Shown one piece after another: positions 6,932-16,949 of a stretch of 40,024 bases of DNA. Under the pieces are notes generated by a model. It saw only the letters and a list, made by a program, of their open reading frames with translations, made no database searches and was not told the origin of the DNA. This DNA is from a virus (lineage: Duplodnaviria; Caudoviricetes), in IMG/VR virus record IMGVR_UViG_3300025451_000027, positions 1-40,024 of that record. One strand, written 5' to 3'. The position numbers and the translations under genes are program-made. The stretch's first letter is position 1. Each line of letters begins with the position of its first letter.

Positions 6932-8216
6932 GCTCCCGAAGGTTCTGCGGCCTGTATTTGCTGGGCGCGCAGACGTTCGCGGCGCCTATGGTGGGCGAGG
7001 GTCTGCAAAGACTCGCTCATTCGCCAAGATGATTGCCGTGCGCGGGTACATGTACGGCATGTCTGGCGTTACGGGGCAGCTAGTCTGCGGCCGGCAGTTC
7101 ATGAACTCGCTAGAGGATTCCTCGCTAGAGGAGTGCAAGCGGGCGATTGAGGACGAGCCATTCCTCGCGGATTACTACGAGGTTGGTGACAAGTACATCA
7201 AGAGCAAAGACGGGCGTATCTGGTTTACGTTCGTCGGCCTTGACCGAAGCATTGCGTCCATCAAGTCGAAGGGCCGCATCCTCATCTTGTGGGTTGATGA
7301 GGCCGAGCCGGTCACTGATGAGGCATGGAATGTCGTAATCCCGACTCTGCGTGAGGAGGGAGAAGACTGGAATGCTGAGCTTTGGGTGACATGGAACCCG
7401 AAGCGCAAGACGGCGGCAGTTGAAAGCCGCTTCAGGAATTCGAGTGATCCGCTCATCAAGGTTGTGCAATGCAACTGGAAAGACAACCCGAAGTTCCCGG
7501 AGAAGTTGGAGCGTGAACGGCTGCGTGACCTGGCAGAACGGCCAGACCAGTACGCGCATATCTGGGAAGGCGATTACATCAGCGTTATCTCTGGCGCCTA
7601 CTTCGCGGCGGCGATCACTTCCGCAAAGGCTGAGGGCCGGATTGGCAAGGTAGCCGCTGACCCGCTGATGACGCTACGCGCGTTCTTTGACATCGGCGGG
7701 ACCGGCGCAAAAGCTGATGCTGTTGCTATCTGGATAGCCCAGTTCATCGGGCGCGAGATTCGAGTGCTGGACTACTACGAAGCTGTTGGACAGCCGCTGG
7801 CGACCCACATCAACTGGCTACGGGCCAGCGGGTACGAGAAGGCCGGCGTTTGGCTTCCGCACGATGGGGACACGCAAGACAAGGTTCACGACGTGAGCTA
7901 TGCAAGTGCTCTGCGTGATGCTGGCTTTGCTGTCACAGTGATTCCGAACCAAGGCAAGGGCGCTGCGATGGCTCGCATTGAGGAAGCCCGCAGGCTGTTC
8001 CCAAGCATGTGGTTCAACGAGGAAAAGTGCCAGCCTGGCCTAGATGCGCTTGGCTGGTATCACGAGAAGCGGGACGAGAAGCGCGGGATTGGCCTCGGAC
8101 CAGAACACGATTGGGCAAGCCACGGGGCAGACGCCTTTGGCTTGATGTGCGTGGCTCATCAGCCGCCGATGATGAAGCAAGCACCTTTGAACTACCAAAA
8201 CAGGCGAACCGCATGA
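6909..8216 (+). CDS. terL: Terminase large subunit (PBSX/Terminase_3 type)
   Basis: Walker A YGGRGSAKT, Walker B WVDEAE, TWNP, C-terminal HDWASHGADAF nuclease motif. Confidence 0.93.
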   Translation: MTSTARIKLPKVLRPVFAGRADVRGAYGGRGSAKTRSFAKMIAVRGYMYGMSGVTGQLVCGRQFMNSLEDSSLEECKRAIEDEPFLADYYEVGDKYIKSKDGRIWFTFVGLDRSIASIKSKGRILILWVDEAEPVTDEAWNVVIPTLREEGEDWNAELWVTWNPKRKTAAVESRFRNSSDPLIKVVQCNWKDNPKFPEKLERERLRDLAERPDQYAHIWEGDYISVISGAYFAAAITSAKAEGRIGKVAADPLMTLRAFFDIGGTGAKADAVAIWIAQFIGREIRVLDYYEAVGQPLATHINWLRASGYEKAGVWLPHDGDTQDKVHDVSYASALRDAGFAVTVIPNQGKGAAMARIEEARRLFPSMWFNEEKCQPGLDALGWYHEKRDEKRGIGLGPEHDWASHGADAFGLMCVAHQPPMMKQAPLNYQNRRTA

Positions 8217-10381
8217 AGAAGATGGACGATGACGAGCTGCTGCGCTTCCTAGAAGCTGAGCACGACTCCGCCTATCACTATTCAAGTTCGCAGATCGCCA
8301 AAGAGCGCGAACGGGCCATCCGCGATTACAACCGGATGCCCTACGGGACCGAGGTTGAGGGGCGCTCTAAGGTCATCACGTCGGATGTGTTTGATGCTGT
8401 TGAGGGAATGCTTCCTGATCTGCTCGATGTGTTCATCAGCAGTGACAAGGCGGTTGTCTTCGATCCTGTCGGACCTGAGGATGTGGAAGCGGCGGAGGAA
8501 GTCACCAACGCCTGCAACCATGTCTTCTACAAGCAGAACAACGGGTTCTTGACGCTCTACACCGCAGCCAAGGACGGCCTGACGCTCAAAACGGGCGGCA
8601 TCAAGTGGTGGTGGGATGTCAAGCGCACGCCGAAGTGGGAGACGTTCCGGGGCGTCTCTGAAATGCAGTTGGCGGTGTACCTGTCAACGCACCCGAAAGC
8701 CGAGCTGATCTCGAAAGAGGAAGACAACGGCGAGGATGAAGCGCAGGGTGAGCGCGAGGTAGAGGCGGAACAGGGCGCGCAGGAGACCGATGCGGAGTTT
8801 GGCGAGCAGACCCCGCCGAAGCTGTGGACTGTTCGCATCAAGACGATTGAGGATCGCGGCATCGTCAAGGTTGCGCCGATCCCGCCCGATGAATTGCTGA
8901 TCAGCAAGAACCACAATTCAATCCTGCTGGATGACTGCGCCTATGTCGCGCACATCACTCAAAAGAGCCTGAGCGACATCCATCAACTCGGCTATGAGGA
9001 TGTGACGATTGATGATGTCCGCGCGGCCAGCAATGAGCGCAAGACCCAAGACGGCTACTTGCGGGACATGTTCCTCGACCGCGACCGCTTCGACGGTCAG
9101 ACGGTAGACGATTCGTCTGTTCGTGGCTGGCTGATCGAAGAATACGTGCTTGTTGATTTCGACGGCGACGGCATCACAGAGCGCCGCAAGATCACGCGCC
9201 TAGGGAAGCTGATCCTAGACAATGAGGAAGTGAGCCATGTGCCGATTGCGGCATGGACGCCCTACATCCTAACGCACCAGTTCAACGGCTTGTCTGTTGC
9301 ACAACTGGTGTCTGACTTCCAGCGCATCAGCACCGATATTTGGCGCGCGCAGCTCGATAACCTTGACCTGGCGAACAACCAAGAGACTGTTGTTCTGACC
9401 GACTCGCAGGGCAACCCGCAAGCCAACATTGACGATCTGTTGAATCGTCGGCCTGGCGGTGTGCTGCGTGAGAACGTGGCGGGCGCGATCAGGCCCTATG
9501 CGCAGCGCTGGCAGGGCATTGAAGCAATGCCGATGGTTGAGATGCTGAACAGCGCCAAGGAGAACCGCACCGGGTGGACGCGCTACAGCCAGGGCCTTGA
9601 CGCCGATTCGCTGAACAAGACGCGCGGCGGTATGCAGATGATCATGAACGCCAGCCAGAAGCGCATGAAGCTGATGGCCCGCATCATGGCTGAGTGTCTT
9701 GTCGCGCCGATGTTCCGTGGCATCTTCAAGACGCTGCAGGACTACTGCATGGAGAAGCTGACATTCAAGCTCTCCAACAAGTTCGTAGCCTATGAGCCGC
9801 AGAACTGGCGCGACGGCTTCGATATGATGATCAATGTCGGCCTGGGGACTGGCGACGTGATCCAGCAGGCTGGCTATCTGCAGCAGATCGCGCAAGCGCA
9901 GTTCGCATTGATGGGCACCCCGATGGGTGGGCGTGTGGTGACTGAGGCCAATGTGTTCGCGGTGCAATCTCGCATCGCAGAAAACGCTGGCTTCAAGAAC
10001 CCGGCCGAGTTCTGGACCGACCCGAAGCAATTGCCGCCACCTCAGCCGCCACAGGCCCCGCCTGACCCGCGCGTGATCACGAAACAGATGGAACTTCAGG
10101 CCGACGCGCAGAAGTTCCAAGCCACGCAACAGGCCGATCAAGCCAAGTTCCAAGCCGAGCTGCAATCGCAAATGCAGATTGACCAGAACCGGCAGGAGTG
10201 GGAGGCCAGGCAGAAGCAGTTGGAGCTTGAACAGCAGGCCCAGCTTGAACAACTCCGCGCGCATTACGAGATGCAGAAGGAAGCCGCACGCCTTGAGTTC
10301 GACCGATACAAGGCCGACCTTGATGCGAACGTGAAGCTGACGATTGCACAGCAGCGGGCCATCCCGCAGCCGATGCTATGA
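8213..10381 (+). CDS. Portal protein (P22-like, long C-terminal coiled coil)
   Basis: Follows terL; about 722 aa from ATG 8213; GRSKVITSDVFDAVE; Q-rich C-terminal barrel. Confidence 0.85.
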   Translation: MKKMDDDELLRFLEAEHDSAYHYSSSQIAKERERAIRDYNRMPYGTEVEGRSKVITSDVFDAVEGMLPDLLDVFISSDKAVVFDPVGPEDVEAAEEVTNACNHVFYKQNNGFLTLYTAAKDGLTLKTGGIKWWWDVKRTPKWETFRGVSEMQLAVYLSTHPKAELISKEEDNGEDEAQGEREVEAEQGAQETDAEFGEQTPPKLWTVRIKTIEDRGIVKVAPIPPDELLISKNHNSILLDDCAYVAHITQKSLSDIHQLGYEDVTIDDVRAASNERKTQDGYLRDMFLDRDRFDGQTVDDSSVRGWLIEEYVLVDFDGDGITERRKITRLGKLILDNEEVSHVPIAAWTPYILTHQFNGLSVAQLVSDFQRISTDIWRAQLDNLDLANNQETVVLTDSQGNPQANIDDLLNRRPGGVLRENVAGAIRPYAQRWQGIEAMPMVEMLNSAKENRTGWTRYSQGLDADSLNKTRGGMQMIMNASQKRMKLMARIMAECLVAPMFRGIFKTLQDYCMEKLTFKLSNKFVAYEPQNWRDGFDMMINVGLGTGDVIQQAGYLQQIAQAQFALMGTPMGGRVVTEANVFAVQSRIAENAGFKNPAEFWTDPKQLPPPQPPQAPPDPRVITKQMELQADAQKFQATQQADQAKFQAELQSQMQIDQNRQEWEARQKQLELEQQAQLEQLRAHYEMQKEAARLEFDRYKADLDANVKLTIAQQRAIPQPML

Positions 10382-10662
10382 CGCCCATCGAAGAACAGAC
10401 CCGGGGTCAGCGCGCATCTGAGCTGCTGGATAACGAGCTTCTGCAAGAGACGCTAGACGCCATCCGCGCTGAAGTGATCAAGCAGTGGAGCGAGTGCCCT
10501 GCCCGTGATGCACAGGGCAAAGAGGCGCTTTGGCAGCTCCACAAGATGGCGGAGAAGTTCGAGAACATCCTCAAGGGCTACGTGCAAACTGGAGTCCTTG
10601 CGAGTGAGAACCTGAAGCGATACGAAGAACAGTCGAAGCTGTACCGGATGTTCAGAAGCTGA
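10378..10662 (+). CDS. Conserved small head-region protein
   Basis: 94 aa between portal and scaffold. Confidence 0.7.
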   Translation: MTPIEEQTRGQRASELLDNELLQETLDAIRAEVIKQWSECPARDAQGKEALWQLHKMAEKFENILKGYVQTGVLASENLKRYEEQSKLYRMFRS

Positions 10663-10682
10663 ATTCGGCACGGCCGATATGC

Positions 10683-10706
10683 AGGCGCCCTAGAGGCGCC
10701 TTTTTT
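10683..10706 (+). terminator. Intrinsic terminator
   Basis: AGGCGCC-CTAGA-GGCGCCT followed by a T run. Confidence 0.65.
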
Positions 10707-10736
10707 GTGCCCGAAAGGGTGATCAAGTGAGGTGTT

Positions 10737-11657
10737 ATGGACATCGAACCGCAAAGCGGAATGTCTGATCTGTTGGCGGCGCTCGGAGACGAGCCCAAAG
10801 CCGAAGTGGTTGACGAAACCACCCCTGAACCCGACGAGGGCGAGCAGGAGCAGGCCGAAGGCGTTGAAGACGAAGCCGAACAACCGCAAGAAGAAGCGCA
10901 GCCCGATCTGATTGATCTGGACGGAAAGAAGCTGGAAATCCCCGAGGGGACGCCTCCGGAGCTTGTCAAGACAGTTCAAAAGATGGCCGCCGACCTGAAA
11001 GCGGACTACACCCGAAAGACGCAGGCCGCAGCGGATGCTGAAAAGCACATCCAAGCGACTGTGCAATCCCTCGAACATCGGCAGAAGCTGATGGGCGAGA
11101 CGGCAGAAACCTGGGCAGACCTTCGGGACGCTCAGAAGCGAGTTGAACAACTCAAGGCCGTCGATTGGACTGCGCTGGCCGACCAAGACCCGGCCCAAGC
11201 AACGAGGTTGATGGTGATGTACCAAACCGCGCAAGCGGAAGTGCAAACCAAGGGCTTCGCCTGGCAGCAGTCGTTGAACCAGTTGAACCAAGTGACCGAA
11301 CAGCAGCGCGCACAAAGCACGGCCGCCCAATGGGAAAAGGCCGCGACTGAGGCGCGTAAAGCACTCGGGCCGCAGTTCAGCGAGAAAGCAAACATAGCCG
11401 CTCAGAAGTGGATTCAAAAGAAGGCCGGAACGTCGGACATGGGGGCCATTGTTGGCCGCTTCGCTGACCCGGTAGTCCTTGAAGCCATCGTGAAGGCGGC
11501 GCAATGGGACGCCGCGAACGGCAAGCCCATGCAAAAGGTTAGCGAAGCGAAACCCACGGTCAAACCGTCCGCTCCGCAACCGAAACGTGAAAACAAGTCG
11601 GCGCTTGAACGGTTGAAGACAACCGGACGCGCTGAACACCTCATCAATTTTCTGTAA
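10737..11657 (+). CDS. Scaffolding protein
   Basis: Acidic N-terminus, ADYTRKTQ motif, coiled coil; directly before the capsid gene. Confidence 0.8.
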   Translation: MDIEPQSGMSDLLAALGDEPKAEVVDETTPEPDEGEQEQAEGVEDEAEQPQEEAQPDLIDLDGKKLEIPEGTPPELVKTVQKMAADLKADYTRKTQAAADAEKHIQATVQSLEHRQKLMGETAETWADLRDAQKRVEQLKAVDWTALADQDPAQATRLMVMYQTAQAEVQTKGFAWQQSLNQLNQVTEQQRAQSTAAQWEKAATEARKALGPQFSEKANIAAQKWIQKKAGTSDMGAIVGRFADPVVLEAIVKAAQWDAANGKPMQKVSEAKPTVKPSAPQPKRENKSALERLKTTGRAEHLINFL

Positions 11658-11669
11658 GGCAGAACCGAA

Positions 11670-12650
11670 ATGGCACAACCAACCAATACCTACGATTCCT
11701 ATGACGTGAACGGCAACCGTGAAGACCTGCAAGACAAGGTCTACATGGTTTCGCCTGAGAAGGTCCCTGTCTCGTCGGCCGGCCGACGCTTCACCGCAAA
11801 AGCCAAGTTCCACGAATGGCAGCGCGACAACTTGGCGACCCCGAACAAGGACAACGCAGTCATCGAAGGTGACGACCGCTCCGGCACCGCGTTGGTTGCT
11901 ACCAACCGCGTCGGCAACTACGCGCAGTTGTTCGACAAGGTGGCCGTGGTGACGACCTCGCAGCGCGCCACCAAGTCGGCCGGCCGCTCGGACGAGATGC
12001 GCTACCAGATCGCCATGAAGGTAATCCCCGAGCTGAAGCGCGACGTGGAGGCCATGCTTGTTTCCAACAACGTGGCGGTGGCTGGCAACAGCACCACGGC
12101 GCGCAAGTCGGCTGGCATGGGCGCGTTCATCTACACCAACACCTCGCACGGCGGCGCTGGCGCTACGGCTGCGCACACCTCGGGCGCTCCGACCACGGCC
12201 CTGACGGCCGGCACCAACCGCGCATTCACTGAGGCGCTGTTGAAGACCGTGCTGCAGGCCATCGCCACGAACAGCGGTGAACAACCCAGCCTGTTGTCGG
12301 TCACCCCATCGCACAAGGGCACGTTCTCCGGCTTCTTGGGCATCGCGGCTAACCGGTTCCAGACCTCGCTGTCTGCGAAGCAGCAAAACCGCATCGTTGG
12401 CGGCGCTGACGTGTACATGGGTGACTTCGGCGAACTGACTGTGGTGCCCAACTACGTGCAGGCCACGGCCAACAGCGATACCGCGCTGATCCTTAACCCG
12501 GATCACTACGGCCTGGCGTACTTCCAGAACTGGAAGACCGATCCGCTGGCCAAGACCGGCCACACCGACAAGGAAATGGTCTCCTGCGAGGTGCTGACCG
12601 TTGTCACCAGCGAGATGGCACAGGGCAAGGTCGCCAACCTGAATCCGTAA
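11670..12650 (+). CDS. Major capsid protein (DUF5309/SU10-like)
   Basis: GNREDL, HEWQ.D.L, NAVIEGDD, KRDVE, DVY.GDFG, LAKTG motifs. Confidence 0.85.
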   Translation: MAQPTNTYDSYDVNGNREDLQDKVYMVSPEKVPVSSAGRRFTAKAKFHEWQRDNLATPNKDNAVIEGDDRSGTALVATNRVGNYAQLFDKVAVVTTSQRATKSAGRSDEMRYQIAMKVIPELKRDVEAMLVSNNVAVAGNSTTARKSAGMGAFIYTNTSHGGAGATAAHTSGAPTTALTAGTNRAFTEALLKTVLQAIATNSGEQPSLLSVTPSHKGTFSGFLGIAANRFQTSLSAKQQNRIVGGADVYMGDFGELTVVPNYVQATANSDTALILNPDHYGLAYFQNWKTDPLAKTGHTDKEMVSCEVLTVVTSEMAQGKVANLNP

Positions 12651-12670
12651 GCCAACCAACCGTGAGGGGG

Positions 12671-12690
12671 GGGGCTTCGGCCCCTTTTTT
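12671..12690 (+). terminator. Intrinsic terminator after the capsid gene
   Basis: GGGGC-TTCG-GCCCC followed by TTTTTT. Confidence 0.8.
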
Positions 12691-12694
12691 ACGA

Positions 12695-13000
12695 ATGGAC
12701 GAAGTTTTCAAGATCCAGGATTACGACCCGCAACTGGGCATCGCCACGACGGTGCACCGCGTTGAGGGCAAAGCAGTCATCCAGAAGACCTATGACGCTG
12801 AGCCGTTCATTGAAGCCGCGAAGTCGATGCGTCATGCGTCTAGCGGCGAACGTTGGGGCGAGCTGCGGCACGTTGGGTTCATCCCGCCCGCCGAGCTGGG
12901 CAAGATGATGCGGCAAGACGGTGGACTGGATCGAAAGCGGCTGACTGCGTGGCTAAAGGCCAATCCTGCGCTGGTGACGTTTGACAGGCTGCTCAAATGA
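12695..13000 (+). CDS. Virion-region hypothetical protein
   Basis: ATG 12695, coupled to the next gene. Confidence 0.65.
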   Translation: MDEVFKIQDYDPQLGIATTVHRVEGKAVIQKTYDAEPFIEAAKSMRHASSGERWGELRHVGFIPPAELGKMMRQDGGLDRKRLTAWLKANPALVTFDRLLK

Positions 13001-13584
13001 GCTATTCCCAGCTTACGACCGATGTCGCTTCATGGCTGCATCGCGCTGACATCACGCAGGCCAACTTCTCGCGGTTTACTGCGATGGCTGAAGCTCGCAT
13101 GGCTCGGTTACTCCGCGTGCGTCAGATGGAAGCGCCGCTTGTCTCGACTGAGATTGACGCGGACTATGAGATTGCGCTACCTGCCGACTTCGTGGCAACA
13201 AAGGTGCTGTACTCGGTCGGATATGAGCGCACTCCGCTGACGGCTCAAACGCTGGACTACATCACGTCGCGCGGGGTCGTCTACGGCATCCCAAAGAACT
13301 TCGCAGTCACTGCTGATGCTTGGCGATTTGACGGGACTGGTTCTGTCGCTGGAACGTATTACCAAGCACTCCCGAGCCTTGAGACTGACGGCACGACCTG
13401 GCTAGAGACTCTTGCGCCTGATTTGTACCTGTTCTCCGTGCTTGCCGAAGCGTGCATGTTCGTTCAGGACTCAGAGCGTGCCGCGCTGTATTCAGGTCGT
13501 GCGCGTGAGTTGCTGCAAGAGGTCAACGCCAACGACCAGCGAGACCGCTTTAGCGGCCTGCTTGTTTCTTCCAAGAGGCTCTGA
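12997..13584 (+). CDS. Head-tail adaptor protein
   Basis: Y..L...VA.WL.R.D, AEAR..R.LRVRQM, LP.DF, WL...APDLYL. Confidence 0.75.
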   Translation: MSYSQLTTDVASWLHRADITQANFSRFTAMAEARMARLLRVRQMEAPLVSTEIDADYEIALPADFVATKVLYSVGYERTPLTAQTLDYITSRGVVYGIPKNFAVTADAWRFDGTGSVAGTYYQALPSLETDGTTWLETLAPDLYLFSVLAEACMFVQDSERAALYSGRARELLQEVNANDQRDRFSGLLVSSKRL

Positions 13585-13874
13585 TGCTCACCTACAAAGA
13601 ACGATACGACCTCATCAGTGACGCTGTATTTCAGCAGCGCATTCAATATGCGGCCTGGGTCACTGCGCTCGCGTTCGCCAATGAAGTGCCAGGCACTGGG
13701 AAGCGCAGGCAGTGGGCAAAGGCTGCTCTCCAAGGCGCTCTTGACACTGATGTCATGCGGCGCTTTGCAATCCAGGTCAGCGCAAACCAGAACGTTGGCG
13801 CCGCTGGCAAGAATGCCCTAGATAGTGACATCCAGGCGGCCGTTGACGCTGTAGCTTCGGACGTTGCCGGATGA
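13584..13874 (+). CDS. Hypothetical virion-region protein
   Basis: TGATG coupling; ends DSDIQAAVD. Confidence 0.6.
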   Translation: MLTYKERYDLISDAVFQQRIQYAAWVTALAFANEVPGTGKRRQWAKAALQGALDTDVMRRFAIQVSANQNVGAAGKNALDSDIQAAVDAVASDVAG

Positions 13875-15346
13875 AATTCCTGCCTGACGCGCCCCGCGAC
13901 ACTCCCGAAGTGCTCACGGAAGTTGAGGCTGTGCCTACCGTCCGAGGGTATGCGGGGAGCCCTACCGTCATCAATGGCGGCTATGCGGCGCTATCTGCTG
14001 CCTGCAATGGTGCGGCGCTCATCTTCAAGCTCGACGGCTCTATGCGGATTTTCGCTGGCACGCAGAGCAAACTGTACGAGGGATCGGGCGGAACGTGGAC
14101 GGATCGCAGCCGGGCAGGCTCGTACACGACAGGCGACATCCGCTGGTGTTTCGCGCAGTTCGGCGATACCACGCTTGCGATCAATAAGGCCACCGTACTT
14201 CAGAGCAGCACAAGCGGCGCATTTGCTGACGTAGCAAACGCCCCAAAGGCTGCGGTGATGGAAACGGTTGGCGGGTTTGTGATGCTCGCCAACACCGACG
14301 ATAGCGGTCTCTCGATCACTGGCGGGCCGAACGCCGAACAGGGCAATCGGTGGTGGTGCTCGCAGTTGTTTAATGCCACCGGCACATGGGCGCCTTCCGC
14401 AGCGACTCAGGCGACAACGGGTCTGTTGGTTAGCTCGCCCGGCAAGATTGTTGCTTTGAAGCGGCTTGGCGATCAGGTTGTAGCCTACAAGCAGAGGGCT
14501 ATCCACGTCGGGCAATACGTCGGGCCTCCCGATGTATTCGACTGGCAGCTAGTCCCCGGCGAGATTGGCACGTGGTCTAACGAAGCTGTCGTTAGCACCG
14601 GCACTGCGCATCTGTTCATCGGACACGAGAACATCTACCGCTTCGACGGCTCTCGTCCTGTGCCGATTGGCGATGGCATCCGAGAGTGGTTCTTCGCCAG
14701 GCTCAACAAGAGCTATGCCTACCTGATTGCGGGCATCCACGACCGCAACACTAGCACCGTGTGGTGGTGGTATCCGAGCGGCTCAAGCACAACGCTTGAC
14801 TCTGTGCTGGTCTACAACTACGTTGCGGATCGGTGGGGACACGCTACCGACGCGGCTCTAGGGGCGGCAGTCACGGTCTACCCCGTGCAGACAATCCGGG
14901 CGCAAATCACATACGACAACCTGTATACGTCGCTCGGCATCTCCAATCCGCAATACGACCAGATGCCGAACATCAGCTATGACTCGCCTTTCTGGCAGGC
15001 TTCGGCTCCTGTGATGGCGGTCATTCGAGATGACAAGGTGCTTTACACGCTAACCGGCTCTGCTTCTGATAGCTCGATTACGACGGGCTATTGGGGCGAC
15101 CAGGAGCGATTCTCGTTCTGTGACCGTGTTCGGGCTAAGTACCGCACGAAGCCGACTGATAGCACGTTGACTCCATATGCAGTCACTGAGCTTGGGGCCG
15201 ACGTGGCTACTGGCTCGGCAACTCTGAACGTGGATCGATACGACGTTTTGCAGTCGGCTCGCTGGCATAAGTTCAAGCTTGAATTTGTCGGTCCTGTTGA
15301 GGTTGAAGCGGTCACTCCGCGACTGAAGACTCAAGGTTATGAATAG
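13871..15346 (+). CDS. Tail nozzle / packaged-DNA stabilisation protein (gp10-like)
   Basis: 491 aa, beta-rich, W.FAQFGD motif; position after the adaptor. Confidence 0.7.
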   Translation: MKFLPDAPRDTPEVLTEVEAVPTVRGYAGSPTVINGGYAALSAACNGAALIFKLDGSMRIFAGTQSKLYEGSGGTWTDRSRAGSYTTGDIRWCFAQFGDTTLAINKATVLQSSTSGAFADVANAPKAAVMETVGGFVMLANTDDSGLSITGGPNAEQGNRWWCSQLFNATGTWAPSAATQATTGLLVSSPGKIVALKRLGDQVVAYKQRAIHVGQYVGPPDVFDWQLVPGEIGTWSNEAVVSTGTAHLFIGHENIYRFDGSRPVPIGDGIREWFFARLNKSYAYLIAGIHDRNTSTVWWWYPSGSSTTLDSVLVYNYVADRWGHATDAALGAAVTVYPVQTIRAQITYDNLYTSLGISNPQYDQMPNISYDSPFWQASAPVMAVIRDDKVLYTLTGSASDSSITTGYWGDQERFSFCDRVRAKYRTKPTDSTLTPYAVTELGADVATGSATLNVDRYDVLQSARWHKFKLEFVGPVEVEAVTPRLKTQGYE

Positions 15347-15731
15347 CGTAACCCCTGACCCGCGTCTTCCGCTGAACATTGACAACTTGTTTCGGCTGAA
15401 GTTAGCAGACTACCTCAGTGAGTTCGCGCGTTCGATCAATCAGGCGGCGAATTTGGTGCTGTGGAAGACGGTGGCGGTATCCACTGCTTATACGGCAGGC
15501 GTCAACGATCACATCATCCGCTGCACTAGCGGGCCGTACACGGTGACGATCCCGAGCGCGTCAAGCATGAACGGGAAGCGCATCGTAATCAAGCGGGCTG
15601 ATTCAGGTACTTCGACGCTCACCATCTCAAGCGCATCAGGAAACATCGACGGCGCTGGCTCAACTTCACTGACAACCGCTTGGCAATCGCGCGAGTTGTT
15701 TAGTGATGGCACTCAATGGCTTCTGGTCTAG
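15339..15731 (+). CDS. Small tail/decoration protein
   Basis: TVTIP.A....GK.I.IK...IDGA....SDGTQW fold typical of virion appendages. Confidence 0.6.
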   Translation: MNSVTPDPRLPLNIDNLFRLKLADYLSEFARSINQAANLVLWKTVAVSTAYTAGVNDHIIRCTSGPYTVTIPSASSMNGKRIVIKRADSGTSTLTISSASGNIDGAGSTSLTTAWQSRELFSDGTQWLLV

Positions 15732-15739
15732 GAAATTAC

Positions 15740-16948
15740 ATGGCTGACAATCTCGGGCTCTCGCAATACGGTTACGCGCAACAGCCGGGGCAAGGGCCTT
15801 ACGGCTATTACGAGCAGCAAACGCCTTTGGGTTCATTCGGCGCAGCGAATCAACAGCAGGCGCAAAGCTCGCAAGCCTTCAATCCGTACATCGGGCAGCA
15901 GACTCAGGCGCCTGGGCAGATTGGTCCTGTTGGCACTCAGTACGCGGGTTCTAACCCGTACCTTGGCCAGACGACTCAGGGTGTCAACTACCAAGCCGCG
16001 CAAGGTGCTGGAACCAATGCCTACGCTGGTGCGAATCCGTACCTTGAGGCGAGCATTGGCGGCGCTGCAAAGGACATGACGAACGCGTTCAACGATACGA
16101 CAAACGCGCAATTTGACCGGCAGGCGGCGCAGTCTGGATCGTTCGGAAACACCGGGGTAGAAGCGGCTCGTGGGCGGGCTCAGAACGATCTGAGCAAGAA
16201 CATCGGCAACATGGCTTCCGGCGCGCGGATGCAGGACTACACGGCGCAGCAGGGCCTAGCGGAGAACGCACTCAACCGCACGCAGGGGCTGAACCAGTTC
16301 AATGCAGGGAATCAACTCCAAGCCGGGATGGCTAACAGCGGATACAACGCGGGCGACCTGAGCCGCAATCTCGCTGGCGCGCAGGCGGTGTCCATGTTTA
16401 ACGCTGGGCAGGGCAACCAGATGGGGCAGTTCAACGCCAATCTTGGGTTGGGACAAGGCCAGTTTGCGTCAACTCTCGGACAGAACGACCTGAACAGGAA
16501 CAGCAACCTCATGCAGTCCATGGGGCAGTTCAATGCGGGCACGCTCAACCAGAACAGCCAATTCAACGCTGGGCAAGGTAATGCGCTGAACCAGTTCAAC
16601 ACTGGTCAGGGCAACCAGATGATCCAGAACGCGCTCAGTCGCAATCAGAATCAAGGTCAGTTCGATGCCAACATGAACTTCAATACGAACCAGTTCAACG
16701 CTGGCCAACAGCAGCAGGGGTTCAACAACTATTGGACCAATGCGCAAAACCTGTATGGCATGAACAATTTGGGTCTGACAAACGCCAACACGATACAAAA
16801 CACTCCGCTCAATTACTGGCAGCAGTTCATGCAGGGCGCGAACCAAGCTGGCGGGAATGGCGGCACTAGCTCGCAGAACAACCCCGGAAACCCTTTGCTA
16901 GGCGCCATCGGCGGATGGCAGATGGGCTCCAAGATCTTCGGAGGCTGA
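15740..16948 (+). CDS. Putative ejection/pilot protein, Q/N/G-rich with NPY and QFNAG repeats
   Basis: Low-complexity repeats; podovirus ejection-gene position. Confidence 0.6.
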   Translation: MADNLGLSQYGYAQQPGQGPYGYYEQQTPLGSFGAANQQQAQSSQAFNPYIGQQTQAPGQIGPVGTQYAGSNPYLGQTTQGVNYQAAQGAGTNAYAGANPYLEASIGGAAKDMTNAFNDTTNAQFDRQAAQSGSFGNTGVEAARGRAQNDLSKNIGNMASGARMQDYTAQQGLAENALNRTQGLNQFNAGNQLQAGMANSGYNAGDLSRNLAGAQAVSMFNAGQGNQMGQFNANLGLGQGQFASTLGQNDLNRNSNLMQSMGQFNAGTLNQNSQFNAGQGNALNQFNTGQGNQMIQNALSRNQNQGQFDANMNFNTNQFNAGQQQQGFNNYWTNAQNLYGMNNLGLTNANTIQNTPLNYWQQFMQGANQAGGNGGTSSQNNPGNPLLGAIGGWQMGSKIFGG

Positions 16949-16949
16949 C

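Noticed and set aside
8009-8212. Portal start at 8009
   Set aside because: Overlaps the terL C-terminus; the ATGA-coupled start at 8213 is more plausible
10578-12659. Long antisense ORFs (also 61-1329, 9269-10264, 3719-4882, 20500-21288)
   Set aside because: Shadows of real genes in GC-rich DNA, with no recognisable motifs
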